Shown here: positions 39,307-49,821 of the stretch, in pieces
How the letters are laid out: every line of letters starts with the position of its first letter
Numbering within the stretch: position 1 is the stretch's first letter
NCBI GenBank assembly: GCA_963664305.2
Contig: CAXXLV010000002.1
Coordinates: 1,408,001-1,472,000, forward strand
Length of the DNA: 64,000 bases
DNA from: an uncultured Aliarcobacter sp.
GTDB taxonomy: Bacteria > Campylobacterota > Campylobacteria > Campylobacterales > Arcobacteraceae
Reading direction: 5' to 3'
Translations under genes and position numbers: made by a program
The notes under the pieces: model-generated
Database searches by the model: none
Told to the model about the DNA's origin: nothing
What the model saw: only the letters and a program-made list of their open reading frames with translations

Positions 39307-41886
39307 TTATTGTTCATTACTTATTGGTAATTTTATTGTAAAAATTGCACCTTCTTCATCATTTTTAACATCAATTTTTCCATTCATATTATTTTCAATG
39401 ATTAATTTTGACATATAAAGACCAATACCTGTACCATTGTTTTCCTCTTTTGTTGTAAAATATGGTTCAAATATTTTGTTTATTATCTCTTCTTTTATAC
39501 CTTTTCCATTATCTTTTATTTTTACACAAATAAAATCATCTTCAATTTTTGTTTGAATAGATATCAAAGGATTTTCAATTTTATTTCCAATAATTGCATC
39601 TTTTGCATTTGTAAGAATATTTAGAATTACTTGAGAAAACTCATTTGGAAAACCATAAAATTGAAGTTCAGTTGAAAAAAAATCTTTTTCTAATTTGATA
39701 CGATGATGTTCAAATGTAGACTCAACTAATTCGATAGCTTTTATTACATTATCATTAATATTAAATTTTTCTCTTGCTTTATTTGGTTTAAAGAAATTTC
39801 TAAAATCATCAATAGTTTTGGACATATTATTAATAACATTATTAGCTTTATTTATTGATTTATCCATCACACTCTTATCTAATTCTCCAATATCATAAGA
39901 AAATTTTAGATTTTGTAAAACTAATCCTAATGCATTTAATGGTTGTCTCCATTGATGAGCGATATTACCTATCATCTCACCCATTGCAGCAAGTCTTGTT
40001 TGTTGAATTAATATTTGTTCTTGTTCTTTTTGTTTTGAAGTTTCAAGTATAACTTTTTCTTCTAAACTACTATTTAACTTTTTTTCTTCACTTATTAATT
40101 CTTCTATTTTTGTCGCCATTTCATTAAATGAATTTTCCAATTGCCCTATTTCATCTTTTGAACTAACTTTTATTCTATAGTCTAATTCATTATTTGCAAA
40201 TTTTTTTGTTCCTATTAAAATATGCTCAATTTTTTTACTTAAATAGTTTGACATTAAAAGTGCAATCACAATTATTAGTATTACCATAGCTAAAGTAATA
40301 ATAGTTAGTTCATTGATTAAAGCATTTATAAATCCTTTAATCTCAATTTGATTTTCTCCCATAATTTCTGACATATTTTCTGTTTGATCACTTAATATAT
40401 TCAAAACATCACTTCTTGTTTTATTTGCAGCAGCATGGAAGTCATCAACACTAGCACCAATAGCAACAAATCCAAATCCACGTTTTGAATTTGCATACTT
40501 TCCTGTATAGTATGGAATTGCTGCAGCAGTTGTTAGTTTCCAAACATTACTCCAATTAATTATAAAAGAACCATATCCTCCATTTTGGGTTAACTGCATC
40601 CAACCTTCACATTGAGGAGCAAAGTTTAAGTATCTACAATCAAGTCCAACATTTCCATCTTCTTTCAACTGTTTTAAATTTGGTTTTTTTTGTAAACTTT
40701 GTTCTTCAAATTTTGGATAATCATTTAAAAATTCATTGATATTTTTATTTGATTCATAAAACTTTTGTGCTAAATCTGCACTTAACCATGGCATTACTCT
40801 TTCACCTGTATTTTTATCGTAACCAACTATTGAATAATCTCTTGGATGAGCAATACTTTTCCCTTCATAATCCCATAAAAATGCATAGTTACCTAAAGTT
40901 GCATCAGCAATATCTTGTTTAAGTATAGTATTTGATGGATTAACTGTATTTGTATATTCTTGAATATGTCTATGGTCTAAAGCTAATGATATATAACCAA
41001 TTTTTTCATTATTTTTATATACAGGTGTAATAAATCTAACAATTCCTTCGTATCTTTTTCCTAATGGATTTTCAACTCCTGCATATCCATAATTATTTGG
41101 TTCAAATTCAATTCCAGCTTTTTTAGCTTTTTCTTTTGTAAATGTTCCAATTACTTTAGAACCTACATATTCACCTATTACATCTGAAACATAAATTTCA
41201 TTCTTTTTTAATTTTTCTATTTCATGAAAATATTTTTCTGCTTTTACATATGTGTTTTTACTATCTGAAACATCAACTTTTTCACTATTTATTGAAGAAA
41301 CTTTATATTTTTCTATACCATTTAAATCAAAAAATGAAATCTCTTTATAAATAGGAATATTTTTAGTTTTATAATTTATAGGGTCAATATAATTAAATTC
41401 TTTTTCATTATCTTTTAAATTTGCAGTTGTTTTTTCTCTTTCAACTTTTTTTGCTTCTTCTTTGGCTTTATAAGTATTTGTTTCATCATCATAATAATAA
41501 TCTGAATGAATTGTGATGTCTTTATTTTTTGACTCATAAAAACTATCTAAAACTTTTTGATTTAAATCTAATTTTGATAATAGGATTAAATCTTTATCTC
41601 TTTCATATAAAAATTCAGCAATTTTATTTGCTATTTCATAAGAAATCTTTTCTAATGATTCTTGAGATTTTTTATCCAAATTTTTTATACTATCTTCTAT
41701 TGAAGCATTTGCCGTATTTATAATAATCTCTTTACTTTGATTATATAAAAAATTTGTACTTTTATTTAAATACATATCAAGCTTTAATACACCTTCATAA
41801 GCTATGTATGCAATAAACAATAATGGAAGAATTTTTATTAAAATAAAAATAACAATTAATTTAATTCGAATACTTAAATCTTTCAC
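39307..41886 (-). CDS. Sensor histidine kinase (large extracytoplasmic Cache-like region, HAMP)
   Basis: Two TM segments, DEIG.L..SFN, IAHQWRQPL, N.KDA, DNG.G, GTGIGLY. Confidence 0.92.
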   Translation of the reverse strand: MKDLSIRIKLIVIFILIKILPLLFIAYIAYEGVLKLDMYLNKSTNFLYNQSKEIIINTANASIEDSIKNLDKKSQESLEKISYEIANKIAEFLYERDKDLILLSKLDLNQKVLDSFYESKNKDITIHSDYYYDDETNTYKAKEEAKKVEREKTTANLKDNEKEFNYIDPINYKTKNIPIYKEISFFDLNGIEKYKVSSINSEKVDVSDSKNTYVKAEKYFHEIEKLKKNEIYVSDVIGEYVGSKVIGTFTKEKAKKAGIEFEPNNYGYAGVENPLGKRYEGIVRFITPVYKNNEKIGYISLALDHRHIQEYTNTVNPSNTILKQDIADATLGNYAFLWDYEGKSIAHPRDYSIVGYDKNTGERVMPWLSADLAQKFYESNKNINEFLNDYPKFEEQSLQKKPNLKQLKEDGNVGLDCRYLNFAPQCEGWMQLTQNGGYGSFIINWSNVWKLTTAAAIPYYTGKYANSKRGFGFVAIGASVDDFHAAANKTRSDVLNILSDQTENMSEIMGENQIEIKGFINALINELTIITLAMVILIIVIALLMSNYLSKKIEHILIGTKKFANNELDYRIKVSSKDEIGQLENSFNEMATKIEELISEEKKLNSSLEEKVILETSKQKEQEQILIQQTRLAAMGEMIGNIAHQWRQPLNALGLVLQNLKFSYDIGELDKSVMDKSINKANNVINNMSKTIDDFRNFFKPNKAREKFNINDNVIKAIELVESTFEHHRIKLEKDFFSTELQFYGFPNEFSQVILNILTNAKDAIIGNKIENPLISIQTKIEDDFICVKIKDNGKGIKEEIINKIFEPYFTTKEENNGTGIGLYMSKLIIENNMNGKIDVKNDEEGAIFTIKLPISNEQ

Positions 41887-41910
41887 ATTAACTTCCTATT
41901 TAAATTATTT

Positions 41911-43710
41911 TTATTTCTCATATAAATCATTATACTTTTCCTTTATAGCCAAGAATTCATCCAAATTATTAAAAAATATATCTATCAAAGTTGGGTCAAA
42001 ATGTTTACCTTTTTCATTTTTAAAATGTTCATATATTCTCTCTAAACTCCAAGCTTTTTTATAAACTCTTTCACTACTTAAAGCATCAAAAACATCTGCA
42101 ATTGCAGTAATTCTTCCAAAGATATGTATCTCTTCACCTTTTAAACCTAATGGATAACCACTTCCATCCCATTTTTCATGATGAGTGTATGATACAATTC
42201 CTGCTGCTCTTAATGTTTCTCTTTTTGAATTTTTTAATATCTCATAACCAATTTGAGCATGAGTCTTCATAATCTCCCACTCTTCATTTGTTAATTTTCC
42301 ATTTTTATTTAAAATTGCATCAGGAATACCAATTTTACCTATATCGTGCATTGGTGAAGCCATAAATAGTCTATTTATTTCTTCTTCACTTAAATTTATT
42401 TTTTGTGCAAATAATTTAGAATATTCTGCCACTCTTTTTACATGATATCCTGTTTCTGAACTTCTTGTTTCACCAATTTCACCAAGTTTATAAATAATTT
42501 CTCTTTGTGTCTCCTCCAATTCTTCATGTAAATCTTCAATTTCCGTTATATCATGACTTATTTGCATATATTCAACAATCTTACCTAGACTATCTTTTAA
42601 TGGATACGTAGTAACTTCAAGATGGAATTTTTTTTCATCTTTATTTTTATAAGTAAGTTTTCCTTTCCAAATATTCCCACTAAATATTTCATCTATTTGA
42701 TTATCATGCTCAAATATCGAATATGATTCTTCTAATAATTCATCTTTTGAATATCCACTTAAATCATAAAAATTCTCATTTGCATAGATAATATTTTTAT
42801 TTAAATCCATTCTTAAAATGATATTACTTTCATCTATTGCTTCTTTATAAGAATTTACCATTCTTATTGTTTCATTTAAATTTAACTCATTTTTTTGAGT
42901 CAAGTTTTGAAAGTAATCTTTTGATAATTCTAAATCTGTAATATCGTTAGCTAGCGAAATAAACTCTTTTATATTTCCATCTAAATCTAAAATTGGTTTA
43001 ACTATCAAATCAACAAAGTATTCTTTATTTTCTTTAGATATATTTTTAACTCTACCTTGCCAAGATTTTTTTTCAATTTTTATTTTTTTCCACATCTCTT
43101 TAAATATTTTATTATCCATTTTTGGATGTTTGATAATATTATGTGGTTTTCCAATTAATTCTTCTTTACTGTATCCAGAAATTTTTTCAAATGGTTCATT
43201 AACATAAGTTATAATACCACTACCATCTGTTTTAGAAATAATAGATCTTTCATCAACAATATCTTTATACTGTTTTAAAGTGTTATATATCTCTTTATTC
43301 TCTTTTTCAAGATATATATTTTTTGATATTTTGTACAAAGTTTCACTTAAAGCATATAGATTTATAGGTTTTACAAGATATCCTAAAACATTTAATTTTA
43401 TGGCTTCAAAAAGATAGTCTGAATCATTAAATGCTGTTGCAATTATGGTTGGAACATTTGGATCTATCTCTTTAATAGCCTTAATCATTTTTACACCATT
43501 CATTATTGGCATTTGAATATCTGTAATAATCAATTCTGGCTTAAACTCTTTATATAGATTTAATCCTTCTTCACCATTTTTTGCAACGTATAGTTTTTGA
43601 ACTTTTTTTCCTAAGAAATATTCTAATTCTTCCCTAATACTGTCATCATCTTCGACATAAAGTACTGTAGTTTTTTTCAAATAAAAGAAGTAATCTTGAT
43701 TACTATTCAT
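41911..43710 (-). CDS. REC-PAS-PAS-HD-GYP cyclic dinucleotide phosphodiesterase
   Basis: VEDD..TDIQMP..KP receiver, two PAS-like repeats, HDIGK, HHEKWDGSGYP. Confidence 0.92.
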   Translation of the reverse strand: MNSNQDYFFYLKKTTVLYVEDDDSIREELEYFLGKKVQKLYVAKNGEEGLNLYKEFKPELIITDIQMPIMNGVKMIKAIKEIDPNVPTIIATAFNDSDYLFEAIKLNVLGYLVKPINLYALSETLYKISKNIYLEKENKEIYNTLKQYKDIVDERSIISKTDGSGIITYVNEPFEKISGYSKEELIGKPHNIIKHPKMDNKIFKEMWKKIKIEKKSWQGRVKNISKENKEYFVDLIVKPILDLDGNIKEFISLANDITDLELSKDYFQNLTQKNELNLNETIRMVNSYKEAIDESNIILRMDLNKNIIYANENFYDLSGYSKDELLEESYSIFEHDNQIDEIFSGNIWKGKLTYKNKDEKKFHLEVTTYPLKDSLGKIVEYMQISHDITEIEDLHEELEETQREIIYKLGEIGETRSSETGYHVKRVAEYSKLFAQKINLSEEEINRLFMASPMHDIGKIGIPDAILNKNGKLTNEEWEIMKTHAQIGYEILKNSKRETLRAAGIVSYTHHEKWDGSGYPLGLKGEEIHIFGRITAIADVFDALSSERVYKKAWSLERIYEHFKNEKGKHFDPTLIDIFFNNLDEFLAIKEKYNDLYEK

Positions 43711-43798
43711 ATTTTCCTCTAAAATGTTTATCTTTTAGATTATACAACAAATATAAAAAAATAAAATAGTAAATTCTAATAATAATTTTGATGAGAAA

Positions 43799-43825
43799 AA
43801 GTTAAGTGAAAAATTCACTTAACTT
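43799..43825 (-). terminator. Hairpin after ftsH
   Basis: AAGTTAAGTGAA-AAA-TTCACTTAACTT; T run follows on the minus strand. Confidence 0.75.
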
Positions 43826-43830
43826 AAAGT

Positions 43831-45837
43831 TTATTGTTCAGTTGTTTCTGTTTTTGTAGTTTCTGTAGTTTCTTCTTCAGTAATTATTGCTTCTGTATGT
43901 AAATCTTCATCTTCAAAAACTTTTCCACCATTTTCTTTGATGATTTCTCTTACTCTTTCACCAGTTATTACTTCAACATCTAATAATTCCGATGTCATTT
44001 GCTCAATAGCAGCGCTATTATCTCTTAATGATTGTAAAACAATTTCATATCTTTCATTTAATACTTTTTTTACATGGTCATCTAAATCTTTTGCCATTGC
44101 ATCAGAGAAATCTTTTTGTGTTTGTCCACCTAAAAATTGATTTGTTCTTCTTTCTAGTACCATTAATCCAGCAATATCACTCATACCATAAATAGTAGCC
44201 ATTGATTTGATAATTCCTGTTGCTCTTTCAAGGTCATTTCCTGCACCTGTAGAAATTTCACCAATAAATACTTCTTCTGCTGCTCTACCTCCAAGTAAAA
44301 CATCAACTTCAGCTAATAACTCATGTTTTTGCATTAAATATTTATTTTCTTCTGGAGTATTTAATGTATATCCAAGTGCAGCTAAACCTCTTGGAACAAT
44401 TGATACTTTATTTACTTTATTTGCACCTTTTGTAATCTCAGCAATTAAAGCATGACCAGATTCATGATAAGCAACAATTTTTCTCTCTTTTGGAGAAATT
44501 CTTCTTGATTTTTTCTCTAATCCAGCAATTTGTCTTTCAACTGCTTCTTTAAAATCACTTGGCTCAACTTCTTCTTTATTAGCTCGTCCAGCAAGTAATG
44601 CAGCTTCATTAATAATATTTGCTAAATCAGCTCCAGCAAGTCCTGCTGTCATTTTTGCAATTTCTTTTAAATCAACATTTTTTGCTAATTTTACATCTTT
44701 AATATGAACATTTAAAATTTCAATTCTACCTTCATAATCAGGTTTATCAACTAAAACTTGTCTATCAAATCTTCCTGGTCTTAAAAGTGCTGGGTCAAGA
44801 ACTTCTGGTCTATTTGTTGCAGCTAATACGATAACTGGTGCATGTTCAGTTGAGAATCCATCCATTTCAGCTAAAAGTTGATTTAATGTTTGTTCTCTTT
44901 CATCATTTCCACCCATTGGACCACCACTTGCTCTACTTTTACCGATTGCATCAATTTCATCAATAAAAATAATTGCAGGCGCAACTTTTTTTGCTTGTTC
45001 AAATAAATCTCTAACTCTTGAAGCTCCAACGCCTACAAACATTTCAATAAATGCAGAACCAGAAACTGATAAAAACTCAACATCTGCTTCTCCTGCAACT
45101 GCTTTTGCTAAAAGTGTTTTACCTGTACCTGGAGGTCCTACTAATAAAACACCTTTTGGAATTTGAGCACCAAGTCTTACATATCTATCTGGAGATTTTA
45201 AGAAATCAACAACTTCTTGAACTTCTTCTTTTGCCTCTTTATTTCCTGCCATATCATCAAACTTAACATTTGGTTTTTCAGAATTAATCATCTTTTTAGA
45301 TGAACCGATTCCAAGAATTCCTCCTGAACCACCACCCATTGATTTTTGCATTCTTTTAGCAATAAACATCCAAATAGCAAAGAAAATAAATATAGGTAAT
45401 ACCCAACCAAATAAAATATCAGCTAAAATATTTTCTTCATTGATACCACCATATCCAATTCCATTTTGCTCTAATGATGGAATTAATGTTTCATCAGGGA
45501 TTACTCTTCTTGCAGTGTAAGTTATAACTTGTCCACCATCACCTTTTGAAACAGCTCTAATTTGTGTATTTCCAATTCCAACATATTCAATTTTTCCTGA
45601 ACTAATTAATTTCTTTAAATCTGAATATGCGATTGTTTTATTTGTAGTTTGTCCAAATGCACTAACATTTGAATTTGAACTTCCCATTTGATCTTCTGGG
45701 AAAATTGCTTTAAATGCAAATATAGTTACAATCGAAAAAATTACAAATATTAATAATGGATTATTATTAAAAAAGTTATTATTGTTTCCATTATTTGCAT
45801 TATTATTGTTATTATTATTTTGTTGCTTTTTTGCCAT
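43831..45837 (-). CDS. ftsH: ATP-dependent zinc metalloprotease FtsH
   Basis: GPPGTGKT, IDEID, RPGRFDR, HESGH. Confidence 0.98.
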   Translation of the reverse strand: MAKKQQNNNNNNNANNGNNNNFFNNNPLLIFVIFSIVTIFAFKAIFPEDQMGSSNSNVSAFGQTTNKTIAYSDLKKLISSGKIEYVGIGNTQIRAVSKGDGGQVITYTARRVIPDETLIPSLEQNGIGYGGINEENILADILFGWVLPIFIFFAIWMFIAKRMQKSMGGGSGGILGIGSSKKMINSEKPNVKFDDMAGNKEAKEEVQEVVDFLKSPDRYVRLGAQIPKGVLLVGPPGTGKTLLAKAVAGEADVEFLSVSGSAFIEMFVGVGASRVRDLFEQAKKVAPAIIFIDEIDAIGKSRASGGPMGGNDEREQTLNQLLAEMDGFSTEHAPVIVLAATNRPEVLDPALLRPGRFDRQVLVDKPDYEGRIEILNVHIKDVKLAKNVDLKEIAKMTAGLAGADLANIINEAALLAGRANKEEVEPSDFKEAVERQIAGLEKKSRRISPKERKIVAYHESGHALIAEITKGANKVNKVSIVPRGLAALGYTLNTPEENKYLMQKHELLAEVDVLLGGRAAEEVFIGEISTGAGNDLERATGIIKSMATIYGMSDIAGLMVLERRTNQFLGGQTQKDFSDAMAKDLDDHVKKVLNERYEIVLQSLRDNSAAIEQMTSELLDVEVITGERVREIIKENGGKVFEDEDLHTEAIITEEETTETTKTETTEQ

Positions 45838-45839
45838 AA

Positions 45840-46658
45840 TTAAAACTCCTTATTATTTTTAAATACAACAGTAACCCACTCATTTTTATGAATAAGTTTT
45901 ACTTCTTCCAAATCTTTAAATTTATTTAATACTCTATTTATATGTTTATCTAAAATACCTGAAATAATTAATGTCCCATTTTCATTTAAACATTTTTTTA
46001 AATCATTTGCAATCATAACTAATACATCAGCAACTATGTTTGCAATAACAACATCATATTTTTTAGTTGTTTTATTTGTTGAACCAACCCATGAGTCATT
46101 AAATGTAACACCGTTTAATTCAAAATTTGATTTTGTATCAACTATACAAACTTCATCTGTATCACAAATATCAACTATACAACCTTTTTTAGCTGCGGCA
46201 ATTGCTAAAATACCACTTCCTGTTCCCACATCTAAAACAGTTTGCTTTTCTTTTACAAATTCATCTATTGCTTCTATACAAGAAGATGTTGTTTCATGAT
46301 GTCCTGAACCAAAAGATAAAGCTGGATCAATTATAATATCTATTTTATTCTCTTTTTTTTCTTCCCATGATGGTCTAATAAAAAAGTTTCCCACTTCAAC
46401 TGATTTAACAGATTTTTGATATTCTTTTATCCAATCTATATTCTCTTTTTTATCATATGTAATATTACAGTTTGTATTTAATGCTTTAGAAAACTCTTCG
46501 ATTCCAAATTTAATATCTTCAAGTTCTTCTTCACTTCGAACAATTAAAGTACCTTCATTTTCTTCGATTGCATCTGTTGTTAGTGATTCTAATAAATCTA
46601 AAAAAAGTTCATAATGATTATCTGGTTTTAAAGCTAATTCAAAATAGTATTTAGACAA
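45840..46658 (-). CDS. prmA: Ribosomal protein L11 methyltransferase
   Basis: IDPALSFGSGHHETT, LDVGTGSGIL, ANI, SGI. Confidence 0.95.
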   Translation of the reverse strand: MSKYYFELALKPDNHYELFLDLLESLTTDAIEENEGTLIVRSEEELEDIKFGIEEFSKALNTNCNITYDKKENIDWIKEYQKSVKSVEVGNFFIRPSWEEKKENKIDIIIDPALSFGSGHHETTSSCIEAIDEFVKEKQTVLDVGTGSGILAIAAAKKGCIVDICDTDEVCIVDTKSNFELNGVTFNDSWVGSTNKTTKKYDVVIANIVADVLVMIANDLKKCLNENGTLIISGILDKHINRVLNKFKDLEEVKLIHKNEWVTVVFKNNKEF

Positions 46659-46751
46659 ATATTTCCTTTATTAAAAAATTGTTTATAATTTCTTTACTTA
46701 TAAAAAGTGTAATATTCTATCTAAATAACTTTTGAATCTAATTAAAAAGGT

Positions 46752-47684
46752 TTAAAAAAAGTTTTCTATCATATCTCTCATGACATCTACATCAGAGATT
46801 TTATTAACTATATCTCTAAATTCATTGGCACCTGTGTAACCTTTAGAGTAAGCGTGTAATAATTTTCTAAACATTATTGCACCATGTGGTCCATGAAACT
46901 TTAACATAGCATCATAATGTTCTAAAATTATCTCTTTTTTCTTTTCATTTGAAATATTTTCTATTCCATGTTTTAACTGATAAAATACCCAAGGTTTTCC
47001 TATAGCACCTCGACCTATCATAACTCCATTTGCTTTTGTATATTCTAATACTTCTTTTGCTTTTTCGTAATCTTTTATATCACCATTTGCAATAACAGGA
47101 ATAGATACAGCTTCTTTCATCATTTTAATTGCATCATAATCAACTGGAGCTTTATATTTTCCAGCTCTTGTTCTTCCATGAACTGATACAAAATCAACTC
47201 CACAAGCTTCAACTGCTTTACCAATTTCTACTGGAATTTTTTCATTTACACCAAGTCTTACTTTTGCACTTGTATATTGTTTTTTAGAATATTTTTTAAC
47301 TGTAGATAAAATCTCTTCAAGTTTTTTTAAATCTCCTAAAAGATTTGAACCTGAACCATGATTAAAAACTTTTGGAGCAGGACATCCACAGTTTAAATCA
47401 ATTCCATCAATCCCTTCAACATCATTCAAGATTTCAACAGCAGCTTTTACTAAATCTACACTATTTCCAGCTATTTGAACGAAATATGGATCTTCTGTTG
47501 GAGATTTTTCTATCATTTTTAGTGTTCTTGCACTTTTATAAACTAAAGCATTTGAAGAAATCATTTCAGAGATAGTTAAATCAGCACCAAATTTTTTTAC
47601 AACCGACCTAAAAGGCAAATCTGTATAACCTGCAAGTGGTGCTAACACCACTAGAGGTTTGCTAAAATCAATTTTTTTATTCAT
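46752..47684 (-). CDS. dusB: tRNA-dihydrouridine synthase (DusB-like)
   Basis: APLAGYTD, DLNCGCP, HGRT, NGDI, MIGRG. Confidence 0.9.
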   Translation of the reverse strand: MNKKIDFSKPLVVLAPLAGYTDLPFRSVVKKFGADLTISEMISSNALVYKSARTLKMIEKSPTEDPYFVQIAGNSVDLVKAAVEILNDVEGIDGIDLNCGCPAPKVFNHGSGSNLLGDLKKLEEILSTVKKYSKKQYTSAKVRLGVNEKIPVEIGKAVEACGVDFVSVHGRTRAGKYKAPVDYDAIKMMKEAVSIPVIANGDIKDYEKAKEVLEYTKANGVMIGRGAIGKPWVFYQLKHGIENISNEKKKEIILEHYDAMLKFHGPHGAIMFRKLLHAYSKGYTGANEFRDIVNKISDVDVMRDMIENFF

Positions 47685-48697
47685 TATTTATAAGATATCG
47701 TTTCTAAATTATAGTGTTTTCCAGATTCTTTTAAATCTAGAAGTGCTTTAAATGCAGTGTATTTATTATCTGGAGTTAAAGAAACTATTTCTTTAACTTT
47801 ATCAATCATTTCATATTCACATAACACATGTAAATAAGCTGTTGTTGCTTCTTCAACTTCATTTGATAATTTTTCAAAAATAGCAATTATTTGATCAGGT
47901 TTTAATATTTTTTCATAATTTTTAGCTAATGCTAAATAATCATCTTTATTAAATTCTAAATCTTTAACTATTGCTAAAATCTCTTCAGCTGTAAATCCAA
48001 ACTCATTATTTGCTGCATCTTTTTCAAAAAGTTTAAATGCCAACTCTTTATCAAGTTTTATATTTTTATAAACTTTTTTAACTGTTGTCATTGTTTTTTC
48101 TTGTAATACATTTTCAAATGATTGTCTTACTACATTTGCTGAATAATTTTCAGATTTTTTTAATACATCCACTGCAAAATCAATTTGCTCATTAACTTTA
48201 TTTAGTATATTTAAGTTTGCTAATTTTGATGTTTCATTTATTTTGAAAGACTTTTCACTTACAAATTTACCATCATTAATATCTTGGATATTTCCAACAA
48301 TTTTATTTAACTCTTCATTTGAAGATGTAAATCTTTCATCTTTTGGTGTTATTTTAAATTGTGATAGTATTGAAGATAAATTTCTAAAATCTTTTGTTCT
48401 AAACTTAACTACATTAGTTTTTTCTAACAATTGTGATTTAATAAACTCAACCATTGTTTCATGATCTTTATTTACAGCTCTTTGCTTGAAATAGTTAATT
48501 AATCCATAAAAAATAATATGTAAATAAGTAACTAACGTTAAAACTACCACTGGAAATATAATCCAAACAGACACAGGTAAATTTAAAGAATATCCAAGTA
48601 GTGAAATTTCATATTCACCTAACTCTAAGCTATATGCATATCCAAATACTGCAATAATAAATATTATTGAAGAGATGATATATTTTTTAAGACCCAT
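47684..48697 (-). CDS. Conserved membrane-anchored hypothetical protein
   Basis: Two N-terminal TM helices, helical soluble region; RBS present; stop overlaps the dus start. Confidence 0.75.
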   Translation of the reverse strand: MGLKKYIISSIIFIIAVFGYAYSLELGEYEISLLGYSLNLPVSVWIIFPVVVLTLVTYLHIIFYGLINYFKQRAVNKDHETMVEFIKSQLLEKTNVVKFRTKDFRNLSSILSQFKITPKDERFTSSNEELNKIVGNIQDINDGKFVSEKSFKINETSKLANLNILNKVNEQIDFAVDVLKKSENYSANVVRQSFENVLQEKTMTTVKKVYKNIKLDKELAFKLFEKDAANNEFGFTAEEILAIVKDLEFNKDDYLALAKNYEKILKPDQIIAIFEKLSNEVEEATTAYLHVLCEYEMIDKVKEIVSLTPDNKYTAFKALLDLKESGKHYNLETISYK

Positions 48698-48758
48698 CTT
48701 CTTTCCTTTTTATAAGACTTTCTTTTACTATTTTTCATTATACAAAAATGTTTATAAA

Positions 48759-49217
48759 TTACTTATGATATGGATGATTATTTTGAATACTCAAAGCTCT
48801 AAATATCTGTTCAGTTAAAACCACATTTGCAACTTTGTGAGCCATAGTTAAATCACTAAGTGAAATCACACTATCACATTTTTGTAAAAATTCTCTTTGA
48901 AATCCATATGCTCCACCAATAAAAAAATTAACTTCATTTTTATTTTCAATTAAATTTGAAAAAGCGTATGTATCAACTTTTTTACCTAAAACATCAAGTG
49001 CAATATTGTAGCCTTTTAGTAATGGTTCATAAGTTTCACTATATGATTGTTGAGCCTCTTTTTCACCAATAGTTTGGGCTTTTGCTATATTTTTATTAAA
49101 AATATATAAAACTTCAACTTTTGCATATTTTGAAGACATTTTTACAAATTCTTGTATAATCGAATCAAAATTATCTTTTGATGGTTTTAATATAGAATAT
49201 ATAGTTATTTTACTCAT
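48759..49217 (-). CDS. rlmH: 23S rRNA pseudouridine-1915 N3-methyltransferase
   Basis: FFIGGAYG, SLS.LT..H, EQIFRA..I....PYHK; ATG 49217 preferred. Confidence 0.92.
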   Translation of the reverse strand: MSKITIYSILKPSKDNFDSIIQEFVKMSSKYAKVEVLYIFNKNIAKAQTIGEKEAQQSYSETYEPLLKGYNIALDVLGKKVDTYAFSNLIENKNEVNFFIGGAYGFQREFLQKCDSVISLSDLTMAHKVANVVLTEQIFRALSIQNNHPYHK

Positions 49218-49818
49218 TGTAAAATCCACTTCCAATTACATTAAATCTAATATTAGGTATTTTATCACTTATATGAACCCCACCTATGGCACAAACTGGA
49301 TGTTTAGATATTTTTGCTAAATAAGAAATCTTATCACCCAAAATAGTACTAACATCTTTTGTTGTTGTATTTTTATAAGCTCCAAGACCAATCATATCTA
49401 AAGGAAGTTCATTTGCTTCTAAAATCTCTAATTCATTATGAGTTGATAATCCTAATAACTTATCTTTAATTTTTGCTCTAACTAATTTTGTTGCAATTTT
49501 TTTATCATTATGTATTTTAGAAAAATCTTCTTGACCTAAATGTAATCCATCTGCATATTCTATTAATTCAATTTTGTCATTTATTATTATTGGTACATTC
49601 AAATTTGATTTTAAATATAAAAGATTTGTTTTTTGTTCTTCAATTGATGAAATTTTGTCTCTATATTGAACTAATTTCACATCATTTTTTTTACATAAAT
49701 CAACAAATTTTTCTAAAGAGATATTTTTTTTTGAAAGAGTTTCATAATCACATAAGATATATAAGTAATTAAAGGCTTTAAGTTCAAAACCTAAAGCCTT
49801 TTCTAAATTTGAAATCAT
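49210..49818 (-). CDS. thiE: Thiamine-phosphate synthase family protein
   Basis: QYRDK, IIND, GLHLGQED, GLSTH, TTTK, AIGG. Confidence 0.82.
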   Translation of the reverse strand: MISNLEKALGFELKAFNYLYILCDYETLSKKNISLEKFVDLCKKNDVKLVQYRDKISSIEEQKTNLLYLKSNLNVPIIINDKIELIEYADGLHLGQEDFSKIHNDKKIATKLVRAKIKDKLLGLSTHNELEILEANELPLDMIGLGAYKNTTTKDVSTILGDKISYLAKISKHPVCAIGGVHISDKIPNIRFNVIGSGFYNE

Positions 49819-49821
49819 TTA

